Below, in pieces: positions 35,142 through 45,564 of a stretch of DNA of 64,000 nt. The stretch lies in the NCBI GenBank assembly GCA_963802385.1, contig CAWDIO010000020.1, positions 12,422 to 76,421 of the forward strand, in the 5' to 3' direction. The stretch is from an uncultured Acidimicrobiales bacterium. GTDB lineage: Bacteria; Actinomycetota; Acidimicrobiia; Acidimicrobiales; VFJN01. The notes below the pieces were generated by a model. That model was not told the DNA's origin. It saw nothing but the letters and a program-made list of their open reading frames with translations, and ran no database searches. Made by a program: the position numbers and the translations under genes. Positions within the stretch are counted from its first letter, which is position 1. Every line of letters starts with the position of its first letter.

Positions 35142-38068
35142 GTGGCCCGGCCGAGCGGCCGCCCTCGGGCGGCCGCACTGCAGTTCGGCGCGGCGCTGGT
35201 GGTGTGCTCAGTGCTGGGAATCGCAGTGGCACAGGGCGAGGCGGACCCTCCGGCCGAGCTCGACCTGCGGGGTGGCGGCGCCTGGGTGGCGTCCTCGACG
35301 GTGGGCCAGCTCACGCTGATCGACGGCGGCACCGCCGAGGTGGCGGCCCGGGTCAAGGTGGCGGAGACCGCCACCGACCTGGGTGCCGTCCAGTCCGGCT
35401 CCGTGGGCTACGCCCTCGACCGGGCGCAGGGGACCGTGCGGCGGGTGGACCCGGCCACGTTCGTGGCCGCGGCGCCGGTCGAGGTCATCGAGGGCGCCCG
35501 CGGCGACCTGTCGGCCCACCCCAGCGGCGACGTGGTCTACGTGGTGGACCACGAGCGGGGCCGGGTGGCGGTGGCCGACGCGGGGTCGCTGTCGGGCCTG
35601 CGCGGCGAGGTGCAGTCGCTGGCCGAGGCGGTCGCCTCCAGCGTGGTCGACGAGGCGGGCCGGCTGTGGGCGCTGGGCGCCACCACCGGCGACCTCACCT
35701 GGTTCGACGGCACCGAACGCAACGCCCGGCGGGGCGTGGTGGCCGACCCGGCGGGCGCCGAGCTGGTGGTGGTGGACGGCCGGGCGGCGGTGGTCGAGCG
35801 CTCCGGCCGGGTGGTGCGCACCCTGGGCGGCGACGGCGGGTTCCTGGCCGAGTCGTGTCTGGAGATCGAGCCGACCGACCGCTCCGTGCGGGTGGCGGGC
35901 TCGGACGGCCGGCGGCGCCTGTACGTGGTCTCGGGCGACGACGGGGTGCTGCGGGTCAGCGACCTGGCCTCCGGCGACTGCGGCGCGGTCGTGGTCGACA
36001 TCGCCGTCCCCGGCTCCGACCTGGGCACCCCCCAGGAGGCGCGGGGCCGGGTGTTCATCCCGGACTACACGCGTGGCACGGTCGTCATCGTCGACCTGGA
36101 GTCGCGCGAGGTGACCCGCACCGGCGAGCTGGTGGCGCCCGGCACGGAGTTCGAGCTGTTCGACAAGGACGGCATCGTCTTCTACAACGACCCGGGCAGC
36201 GAGCGGGCGGGCGTGGTGCGCATCGACGGCACGTTCGACTCGGTGCGGAAGTTCGACCCCGACCGCCCCGGCAGCGGGGTGGTGCCCGAGGACGGCCGCG
36301 ACCAGCCGGCGGGGACCGGCGAGGGCGGGCTGGGCGGGTCCGATCCCGGCGGCGGGGACGAGCAGGCCGAGGCGCCGGACCCGCCGGGCGGCGACGACCA
36401 GCAGGACCAGCCCGGCGAGGACGGCGGCGACGAGCAGGACGAACAGGACGAGCCGGATCCGGGGGACACCCCGGACCCGGGGGCCACGGAGCCGGAGGGC
36501 GCGGGACCGTCAGCCACGCCCGATCCCGGCTCCGTGCCCCCTGGATCCCGGCGGGCCCATCGTGCCCGGCAATCCCGTGCCGGGCACCCAGCTGCAGATC
36601 GTGGCCTCGGCGCTGGCGGCCGAGATCGGCGGGTCGATCGACATGTCGGTGCGCGCGGTGGCCGAGGGCGAGACGGTCGCCGACGCGACCTGGGACTTCG
36701 GTGACGGCGGCACCGACCGCGGCACGCGCACGTCCCACGCCTGGGATGCGGCGGGAACCTTCCGCGTCCGGGTCCAGGGCACCCTGGGCTCGGGCGCGAC
36801 GGCCACCGGGGTCGCGGACTTCGTGGTGCGGCCCCCGACCCCGGTGGCCCTGCGGGCCGACTTCAGCTTCACCCCCAACAGCGGGATCGAGACCTACACG
36901 CCGGTGACCTTCACCGACCTGTCGCAGGGCGGCCCCACCTCCTGGAGCTGGACGTTCGAGCGGGCCCTCGGGCCCGGAACCTCGGCCCTGCCCTCGCCGC
37001 CCGCCCAGCAGTGGGGGATCGCCGACACGTTCACCGTCACGCTGGTGGTGCGGCGGGGCAGCGAGAGCGACACCGTCACCCGCACCGTCACCGTGAACGA
37101 CCCGCCCCCACAGGCGCCCGCGGTCATGGACATCGTGTCGACCGAGGGCCCGCCCTACGACGACCAGACCGCCTACACGTTCTTCGCCCACCATGTGGCC
37201 AACCCCGTCGACACGTGCGTCTACACGTTCCAGGGGACCAACGTCGACTGCGTGCTCGTCCCGAGCCACGGGACCACGATGCTGCAGGGCACCCACCGCT
37301 TCCCGGCGGGACGCCACACCATCCGGCTCACCGTCACCGGGCCCGGGGGCATCACCACCCGCACGCTGACCATCGACGTGGTCGCCCTCACCCCGCCCGT
37401 CGCCCGCATCACGGTCACCGGGGCGATGGACAACGGCGGGACCTGGTCGTCCACCGAGGGCATGCCGGTCACGTTCGACGGCAGCGGCAGCACAGGCACG
37501 TTCACCCAGCTGGACTGGCGCGACCTGGTCACCGGGGCCACCGCCACCGGCCCCACCTGGACACCCGCGCTCGAGCGTGGGCCGCCACACCATCCGGCTC
37601 ACGGCCGTGTCGCCGCGGATGGGCGACGCCACCCGTGACGTCATCATCGACGTCTCGCCCGCCGACACCACCCCGCCCGACGGCTCGCCGTCGATGGTCG
37701 ACCCCTTCCCGGTGGCGCACACGACGTTCAGGGCCACGGCGGACGACCCCGAGAGCGGGATCACCCGGGTCGAGCTCTACGGGCGGTTCCACGGGGCCTG
37801 CCTCCCGCCGGGGGTGTACGACCCGGCTGGCCCCCCCGACCAGGGCGGTGTTCCGGTCAACCTCGATTTCGAGACCACGCCGTTCGCCGTCGGAACGGGC
37901 GGCCAGCTCGTGCCGGACGGAGGGACCGGCGTGACCTTCACCGCGGGGCTGGACCTCTGCACCGGAGGGCTCGACTACGTGCCGCCCATGCGGATCGAGG
38001 TGTGGGCCGTCGTCACCAACGGCGCCGGCCTGAGCTTCCGCACCGGGCTCTTCATGCTGATGACGTAA
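35142..38068 (+). pseudogene. secreted/membrane-anchored beta-propeller + acidic Pro-rich linker + PKD-repeat protein, tandem copy 1 (two frameshifts)
   Basis: GTG directly after the TGase stop. Signal/anchor AALQFGAALVVCSVLGIAVAQG. A ~330-aa propeller-like head, a D/E/P/G linker, then PKD-type units (WDFGDGGTD, FSFTP...VTFTDLS...SWSWTF). Frame breaks at the C run ~36536-36541 and at a G run ~37575. TAA 38066-38068. Confidence 0.7.
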
Positions 38069-38079
38069 GAGGTCACGCC

Positions 38080-41044
38080 ATGCGCGGCAACCACCGGACA
38101 TTGGGGCTGAAGCTGGGGGCGGGGGTGGTGGCGTGCTCGGTGCTGGGTGCCGCTGGTGGCGCAGGGTGACGCGGCGCCGCCCACCGAGCTGGACCTGCGG
38201 GGCGGCGGGGCGTGGGTGGCGTCGTCGACGGTGGGTCAGCTCACGCTGATCGACGGGGGCACGGCCGAGGTGGCGGCGCGGGTCCAGGTGGCGGACGACG
38301 CCGACCGAGCTGGGGGCGGTGCAGTCGGGCGTCGTGGGCTACGCGCTCGATCTCGGCCAGGGACCGTGCGCCGGGTGGACCCGGCCACGTTCGTGGCCGC
38401 CGGCGCCGGTGGAGATCATCGAGGGCGCCCGCAGCGAGCTGTCCCTGCACCCCAGCGGCGACGGTGATGTACGTGGTGGACCAACAGCGGGGCAAGGTGG
38501 CGGTCACCGACGGCACGTCGCTGTCGGGGCTGAAGGGCGAGGTGCAGTCGCTGGCCGAGCCGGTCGGCTCCAGCGTGGTGGACGGGGCCGGCCGGCTGTG
38601 GACGCTGGGCGCGGGGACCGGCGACCTCGTCTGGTTCGACGGCACCGAGCGCCACGCCCGCCGGGCGGTGGCCGAGGACCCCCGCGACACCGAGCTGGTG
38701 GTGATCGACGGCCAGCCCGCGCTGGTGGACCGGGCCACCCGGCTGGTGCGCACCGTGGGCGACGACGGCGGGCTTCCGGGCCCGGTCCGTGCCTGGACAT
38801 CGACCCGGCGGACCGCTCGGTGCGGGTGGCGGGCTCGGACAAGGCCCGGCGGCTGCTGGTGGTGTCGGGCGACGACGGCGTGCTGCGGGTGAGCGACCTC
38901 GGCTCGGGGGAGTGCGGCGAGGTGGTGGTGGACGTGGCCGACCCGGACTCCGACCTGGGCGCGCCCCAGGAGTCCCAGGGCCGGGTGTTCATCCCCAACT
39001 ACACGACGGGCAAGGTCGTCATCGTCGATCTGGAGACCCGGGAGGCCAAGCCCACCGGCGAGCTGGTGGCGCCGGGCACGGAGTTCGAGCTGTTCGAGCG
39101 GGACGGCATCGTGTTCTACAACGACCCCGGCAGCGAGCGCGCCGGCGTGGTCCGGGTGGACGGCACGTTCTCCGAGGTCGAGAAGTACGACCCCGAGCGC
39201 CCGGGCGCGGGCCTGGTGCCCGAGGCCGGCCGCGACCAGGCGCCGGTCCCCGACCTGGCCGCCCCCGGCAACGGCGAGGGCATCGACGAAGGCGCCCTCG
39301 GCGGCCCCGACCAGGGCGGCGGCCCGGACGAGGTGGCCGACGGTCCCGATGCCGAAGAGGTCGACGGTCCGGCGGACGAGGCCCCCTCCGAGCTGGGCGG
39401 CGACGGGTCGACGGACCCCGTCCCCGGGACCGGTCCTCCGGGCGGCGAGCCACCGACCGGTGGTCCGGGCCCCGTCACCCCGCCGCCCGGAGGTGGCGGC
39501 GGTGGGCCGACGCAGCCATCGCCGGGGGTGCGCATCGACATCGTCACTTCGGCGCTTTCCGCGGAAGGTGAACGAGCCGTTGCGGTTGGAGGCGCGGCCA
39601 CGGGATCCCGACGACGAGATCAGCGACGTCTCGTGGGCCTTCGGTGACGGTGAATCCGATACCGGCACCGTGACGTCGCACGCCTGGGATGCAGCCGACG
39701 ACTACGAGGTCACGGTCAACGCAGTGCTCAACGGCACCGACCCGGTCGGCACCGCCACCGAGATCCACATCCTGCCCCGGGCGCCCGAGCCGCCGGTGGC
39801 CGACTTCACGTTCACCCCCACCACCGCGGAGACCAACCAACCCGTGATGTTCACCGACCGGAGCGATCCGGTGCCGACGTCCTGGGAGTGGACCTTCGAC
39901 GGCGCCACGGGCAGCGGCACCTAGCTCGTGCCCAACCCGCCCGCCCAGACCTGGGACCAGCCCGGCCGGTACACCGTCACCCTGCGGGTCGAGCGCGGCG
40001 GCCTCGAGGACACCATCGAGCGGACCGTCACGATCGAACGGCCCCCGCCCACCGCCCCGGTGGTGACCGAGATCCGCTCCAATCCCGATGGCCCGTACAA
40101 CCAGCGCACCTCCTACGAGTTCCTGGCCACCGTGACCAGCGGCCCGGCCACCCCTTGCCGCTTCGTCATCGACGGCACCGCCCAGCGCCTGCGCCCCACG
40201 CTCCGGCGGCGTGGTCGCCTCACCGGCGCGGACCTTCCCCCAGGGCGGCGCCCACCGCATCCAGCTCGTCGTGGGTGACCCCGCGGCCGAGACCACCCGC
40301 GAGCTCGACATCACCGTCCAGGTCCTCCAGGCCCCCCAGGCATCCATCGCCGTCAGCGGCGCCGCCGGGTCCGGCGGCAACTACACGGCGGTGGCCGGCG
40401 ACAACCTCACCTTCGACAGCGGGGGCAGCACCGGCGCCATCGAGACCTGGACCTGGCGCGACGACGCCACCGGCAACACCCTCCAAGGGCCCGTGTGGAA
40501 CACGGCCCTCCAACAACCCGGACCCCACCGCATCACCCTCACCGTCGACCACTCCGTCATGGGCAGCGACACCGCCGAGGTGACGGTCACCATCACCGCC
40601 CGCGACGCCACCGCCCCGGTGGTGGAGACGCCGTGGACCCTCTTCTACGGGCCGACGTACCAGGCCGAGGCCCGGTCGACGCGACCCGGAGACCGGCATC
40701 GTCAGCATCGAGCTCTACGGCTCGATCTTCGGCGACTGCCTGAGCAACGGCACGGTGGTGGGCAGCTACAGCATCGGCGGCGGAGGTCTCATCTCCCGTG
40801 GCACGATGGGCAACGGGCTGGACATCGACAGTGAGGGCTGGACGCGGATGGCGCCGATATCTGCCCACCGGCTGTCCCGAGGGCACCAACGACCTGACCT
40901 TCGACATCACGCTGTGGTCGGTGTCGACGAACGGCCACGGCCTCGACCACCCGCAGCGACGACCTACCGAAGCCCGTCGACGGCGACCGGACTCACCCTT
41001 TCGCGCCTGGGCTGTTCATGGTGATGACAAGAGGGATCGACGCG
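38080..41044 (+). pseudogene. beta-propeller + PKD-repeat gene, tandem copy 2, heavily disrupted
   Basis: ATG 38080 with AAGAGG 8 nt upstream. Collinear with copy 1, but a sense reading needs about 11 frame changes plus an in-frame TAG at 39922-39924. The terminal stop is missing, so the reading runs into copy 3. Confidence 0.7.
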
Positions 41045-43976
41045 ATGAGCGCTGACCGCAGCACGACGGGTTTGAAGCTGGGGGCGGGGCTCGTCGTGTG
41101 CGCGGTGCTGGGCGCCCTGGTGGCGCGGGGCGATGCCGCGCCGCCCGCCGAGCTGGCCCTGCGGGGCGGCGGGGCGTGGGTGGCGTCCTCCACAGTGGGC
41201 CAGCTCACGCTGATCGACGGGGGCACGGCGGAGGTGGCGGCGCGGGTCCTGGTGGCGGAGGGCACGACCGAGCTCGGTGCCGTCCAGTCCGGCAACGTGG
41301 GCTACGCGCTCGGACCTCGCCCGGGGCACCGTGCGCCGGGTCGATCCGGCCACGTTCGTGGCCGGGTCGCCGGTCGAGGTGATCGAGGGCGCCCGCCGCG
41401 ACCTCACGCTGCACCCGAGCGACGACCTCATGTACGTGGTCGACCACGAGCGGGGCAAGGTTGCGGTCACCGACGGCCCGGTCCCTGTCGGGCCTGAAGG
41501 GTGAGGTGCAGTCGCTGGCCGAGCCGGTGAGCTCCAGCGTGGTGGACGGGTCGGGCCGGCTGTGGACGCTGGGTCAGGAGACCGGCGACCTCGTCTGGTT
41601 CGACGGCACGGAGCGCCACGTCCGCCGGGCGGTGGTGCACGACCCGGGCGACACCGAGCTGGTGGTGATCGACGGCCAGCCCGCGCTGGTGGACCGGGCC
41701 ACGTGCCTGGTGCGCACGGTGGGCGACGACGGCGGGTTCCGGGCCCGGTCCTGTCTCGACATCGACCCGGCGGATCGTTCGGTGCGGGTGGCGGGCTCGG
41801 AGGGGGCGCGGCGGCTGTTGGTGGTGTCGGGCGACGACGGGGTGCTGCGGGTGAGCGACCTGGGCTCGGGGGAGTGCGGCGAGGTCGTCGTGGACGTGGC
41901 CGACCCGGACTCGGACCTGGGCGCGCCCGAGGAGTCCCAGGGCAAGGTGTTCATCCCCAACTACACGACGGGCACGGTCGTGATCGTGGACCTGGAGACC
42001 CGGGAGCGCGCCAGACCACCGGCAAGCTGGTGGAGCCGGGCACCGAGTTCGAGCTGTTCGAACGGGACGGCATCGTGTTCTACAACGACCCGAGCAGCGA
42101 GCGGGCCGGTGTGGTGCGGGTGGACGGCACCTTCGCCGAAGTGGAGAAGTACGACGCCGACCGCCCGGGCGCGGGCGTGGTGCCCGAGGGCGGGCGGGAC
42201 CAGGCCCCGGTCCCGGACCTGGCCGCCCCCGGCCGCGGCCAGGGGACCGACGAGGGCGCCCTGGGCGGCCCCGACCAGGGCGGGGGCCCCGACGAGGTCA
42301 CGGACGGGCCCGACGCCGAGGAGGGCGACGGTCCTGCGGAGTCCCCGCCCAGCGAGCTCGGCGGGGACCGGTCGGCGGAGCCCGTCCCCGACTCCGGTCC
42401 CCCGGGCGTCCTGCCGGACCCGACCCCCGGACCCCTGACCCCGGCACCCCCGACCCGGGAACACCGGCACCGGCAACCCGGTGCCGGCCGACGGGATCGA
42501 CTTCACGGTCGACCAGGCCGCGGCCGACATCGACGAGGAGGTCCGCTTCACCGCCTTCGCCACGGATCCCGACGACCGGCTGAGCGACGTCTCCTGGCAG
42601 TTCTCCCTCGACGACGTTCCGGCCGGCGAGGCCACCGGCAACCCGCTCGACCACTCCTTCGCCGACGCCGGCACCTATGAGGTCAGCGTCCAGGGCACGC
42701 TGCGCTCGGGCTCGGAGCCGGCCCGGACCGTGTCCATCGTCCACAGCTTCCGGGTCCTGGACCCCACCGTGGAGCTGGTGGCCGATTTCTCCGGCCCGCC
42801 GACGGCCGAGACCGGCCAGCCGGTCACCTTCACCAACCTGTCGACCGGCGCCACCCGGTACTCCTGGAGGTTCGAGGGCGCCCGACGCCCCGACACCTCG
42901 ACCCAGCGCACGCCGCCCCAGCAGTTCTGGGAGACCGCCGGAACCTACACGGTGACGCTGGAGGTGCGAGCGCGGCAACGAGCGGCGGCAGCAGAGCCAG
43001 GACATCGTCATCAGCGACCCCCTGCCCGACCTGCCGGTCGTCGGCCCCATCACCCCCAGCCCGGCAGGACCGTACGACACGACCATGACCATCACGTTCA
43101 GGGCCGACCTCACCGCCGACCCCTGGGACGAGTGCTGCTTCACCATCGAGGGGGCACGGGTCGACTGCGACCCGACGCCGATCGCCGGCGGCACCCGGTT
43201 CTCGGCCAGCCACCGCTTCACCACCGAAGGCAGCAAGACCATCACGCTGACCGTCCGCAACGCGGTGCGGCTCCGCGAGCCCCAGCCCGCTGGTCATCGA
43301 CGTCGACCGAGCTGACGCCTCCGACCGTGGCGATCGAGGTGACCTCGGGCGCCGATCTCGACGCCGGCGTGTGGGTGACGGACGACCACAGGCGGTGACG
43401 TTCGACGGTGGCAGCAGCCGGGGCGACTTCGACCGCTACTTGTGGCGCGACGAGTCGACCGGCGCCACCTCCAGCGGGCCGGTCTGGACGGTCACCCTCG
43501 ACGGCGGCCAGCACATGATCACGCTCACGGTGGTGTCCGACCGGCAGGGCGGAATCCAGAACTCGGCCTCGGTGCCCGTGGACGTCCTCATCGCGGAGCA
43601 GGCACCCCCCGAGGTTGGGGCGATCCTCGGACAGCACGCCTGCCGAGGGGTTGGGGGGCCGGGCGTTCCACCCGTTTGTGACCCCATCGCGAGGATCCAG
43701 CTCTTCGGCCGGTTCGAGGGGGCGTGCGTCGACGAGAAACGGGGTGGAGACGCCCTTCGACGTCGACCGGCGGGGAGCCACCCCGCTGGCCGAGGCCGTA
43801 CCGTCCGAGCTCCCCGGCCCCGCCCCGGACGGGGACGGGTCACCTTCTTCACCGGCTACGACTTCTGTCCTGCCGGCGACCAGTTCGGCCCGGCCATGGA
43901 TGTCGAGGTGTGGGCGGTCGCCTACACCGACCGGGCGGGCCAGCGGGGCGAGAGCGAGCACATCATCAGGCCGTGA
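41045..43976 (+). pseudogene. beta-propeller + PKD-repeat gene, tandem copy 3, heavily disrupted
   Basis: ATG 41045 (MSADRSTTGLKLGAGLVVCAVLG). Collinear with copies 1 and 2. About 9 frame changes are needed. TGA 43974-43976. Confidence 0.7.
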
Positions 43977-44643
43977 AGCGGTAGCCCATCCCCGGCTCGG
44001 TCACGATGTAGCGGGGCTGGGCCGGGTTGGGCTCCAGCTTGCGGCGCAGGTTGGCCAGGTGGACCCGCAGGTAGTTGCTCTCCTCGCCGTAGGCGGGGCC
44101 CCACACCTCCCGCAGCAGGTGCCCGCGGGTCACCAGCCGGCCGGCGTTGCGCGCCAGCACCTCCAGCAGCCCCCACTCGGTCGGGGTCAGCCGGATGGCG
44201 CGCCCGTCCCGGCCCGTGACCCGGCGATCGGCCAGGTCGATGCGGAAGTCGTCGGTCTCGACCACCGGGGCCTCGGGCGCGGGCGAGGTGCGGCGCAGCG
44301 CGGCGCCCAGGCGGGCGAGCAGCTCGGCCATGCCGAACGGCTTGGACACGTAGTCGTCGGCGCCCGCGTCCAGGGCGACCACCTTGTCCTCCTCGGAGCC
44401 CCGGGCGGAGAGGATGATGATCGGCACCGCGCTCCAGCCCCGCAGCCCGCGGACCACCTCGATGCCGTCGATGCCCGGCAGGCCGAGGTCGAGGATCACC
44501 ACGTCGGGATGGTGCCGGGCCGCGAGCTGGAGCGCCTGCTCGCCGGTCGAGGCCAGCAGCACGTCGTAGTCGCGGACCCGCAGGTTGGCGGACAGGGCCC
44601 GCTGGATCGGGGGCTCGTCGTCGACGACCAGCACGGCGGTCAC
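43966..44643 (-). CDS. OmpR-family response regulator, KdpE-like paralogue
   Basis: GTG 44643. VLVVDDEPPIQRAL...VILDLGLPGIDG...ILSARG...DAGADDYVSKPF receiver plus the LTPTEWGLLEVL...YLRVHLANLRRKLEP...EPGMGYRF wHTH. Very similar to the kdpE at 48077. Confidence 0.85.
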   Translation of the reverse strand: MTAVLVVDDEPPIQRALSANLRVRDYDVLLASTGEQALQLAARHHPDVVILDLGLPGIDGIEVVRGLRGWSAVPIIILSARGSEEDKVVALDAGADDYVSKPFGMAELLARLGAALRRTSPAPEAPVVETDDFRIDLADRRVTGRDGRAIRLTPTEWGLLEVLARNAGRLVTRGHLLREVWGPAYGEESNYLRVHLANLRRKLEPNPAQPRYIVTEPGMGYRFTA

Positions 44644-44657
44644 GACGCCCGCTCGAC

Positions 44658-44717
44658 CTAACTCGCCGCGAGGCCGAAGAATCCGATGGTGACGAGGACG
44701 AAGAGGATGTCCTTCAT
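44658..44717 (-). CDS. 19-codon hydrophobic micro-ORF (MKDILFVLVTIGFFGLAAS), speculative
   Basis: Its ATG overlaps the TGA of the USP-like gene (ATGA). A single TM-length hydrophobic peptide that ends 14 nt before the response-regulator start. Confidence 0.25.
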   Translation of the reverse strand: MKDILFVLVTIGFFGLAAS

Positions 44718-45127
44718 GTGCTGCTCCCGGCCGGGGTGGGGACGGGGACGAGGATGCTGATGACGCGGGGATCGCCGTCGACGCGCGCCGCGATGCGCTC
44801 GGCGGTGCCGTCGTGGAGCAGCCGGTGCCAGCTGGTGGAGGGCAGCAGGCGCCCGGCCACCACGACCACGTCGGCGGCCCCCCGGCGCAGCTCGTTCCGC
44901 ACATGCGCCGCCACGGCGGCGGCGACGTCGCTGCCGTCCACGATGACCAGGGGCTCGGGGTGCTCGGCCGCCATCCAGCGCAGGCCGAGGGCGTGGGCCC
45001 GCCGGGCGTCGGTGGCCACGTGCACCGCGACGTGGCGTGCGGCCCGGGTCCGGCGGGCGACCTCGAGCGCGGCGGTGGCCCGCCGGTCGAGGATGCCCAC
45101 GGGCACGACGACCACGCGCTCGCTCAC
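44714..45127 (-). CDS. universal stress protein-like (adenine nucleotide alpha-hydrolase fold) protein
   Basis: GTG 45127 overlaps the OB-fold gene stop (GTGA). RVVVVPVGILD...HVAVHVATD...ADVVVVAG pattern. Confidence 0.55.
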   Translation of the reverse strand: MSERVVVVPVGILDRRATAALEVARRTRAARHVAVHVATDARRAHALGLRWMAAEHPEPLVIVDGSDVAAAVAAHVRNELRRGAADVVVVAGRLLPSTSWHRLLHDGTAERIAARVDGDPRVISILVPVPTPAGSST

Positions 45128-45454
45128 GGCTCGATCCAGATCAGCGGGTTCATGAGCACCGGCCGCCCGTAGCGGCGCACGGCCACGCCCTCCGCGGTCA
45201 GCCGGTGTCCGGGCTCGACGCCCGCGATGTGACGGCGCCCGAAGAAGACCGCCTCCAGCGAGCCCGTGCGCGTCCCGCAGCTCCACCTCCAGCACGGGCC
45301 CGCCGGGCCACTGGCGTGGGCGGGCCGCGGTGACGGTCCCCCGCACCGCGGCGCGCTGCCGGCAGCGCAGCGACCCGATGGGCATGACGTCGGCCGGCGG
45401 GTTGACGGTGTCATCCCACGGGCGGGACGGCGCTCCGGTGGACGGTTCGTTCAT
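45124..45454 (-). CDS. OB-fold nucleic-acid-binding domain protein, one frameshift near 45270
   Basis: MNEPSTGAPSRPWDD...IGSLRCRQRAAVRGTVTAARPRQWPGGPVLEVELRD, then in another frame GSLEAVFFGRRHIAGVEPGHRLTAEGVAVRRYGRPVLMNPLIWIEP. Confidence 0.6.
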
Positions 45455-45503
45455 GTCCCCGTCGTACCGCCGGGCCCCGCGCCCCACCATGGCCTTCACT
45501 GGG

Positions 45504-45536
45504 TCTTAGTGCGCCTGAGCAGGTTCTTAGCGCGTC
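45504..45536 (+). promoter_or_regulatory. direct repeat TCTTAG(T/C)GCG spaced 21 bp in the divergent OB-fold / kdpD intergenic region
   Basis: TCTTAGTGCGCctgagcaggtTCTTAGCGCGT. It lies 29 nt upstream of the kdpD GTG and is a candidate response-regulator site. Confidence 0.3.
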
Positions 45537-45564
45537 CTTCACGCCTCAGCGATGATGGAACCCG

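Noticed and set aside
35142-43976. A diversity-generating retroelement or phase-variation cassette driving the variable PKD tails
   Set aside because: No reverse transcriptase, template repeat, invertase or short invertible repeats were seen in or near the array. Divergence after duplication plus decay explains the pattern.
44658-44717. The micro-ORF as KdpF (K+-ATPase subunit F)
   Set aside because: It is a hydrophobic peptide near kdp regulators, but no kdpA follows it, it is shorter than typical KdpF, and I see no sequence resemblance. It is kept only as a speculative micro-ORF.
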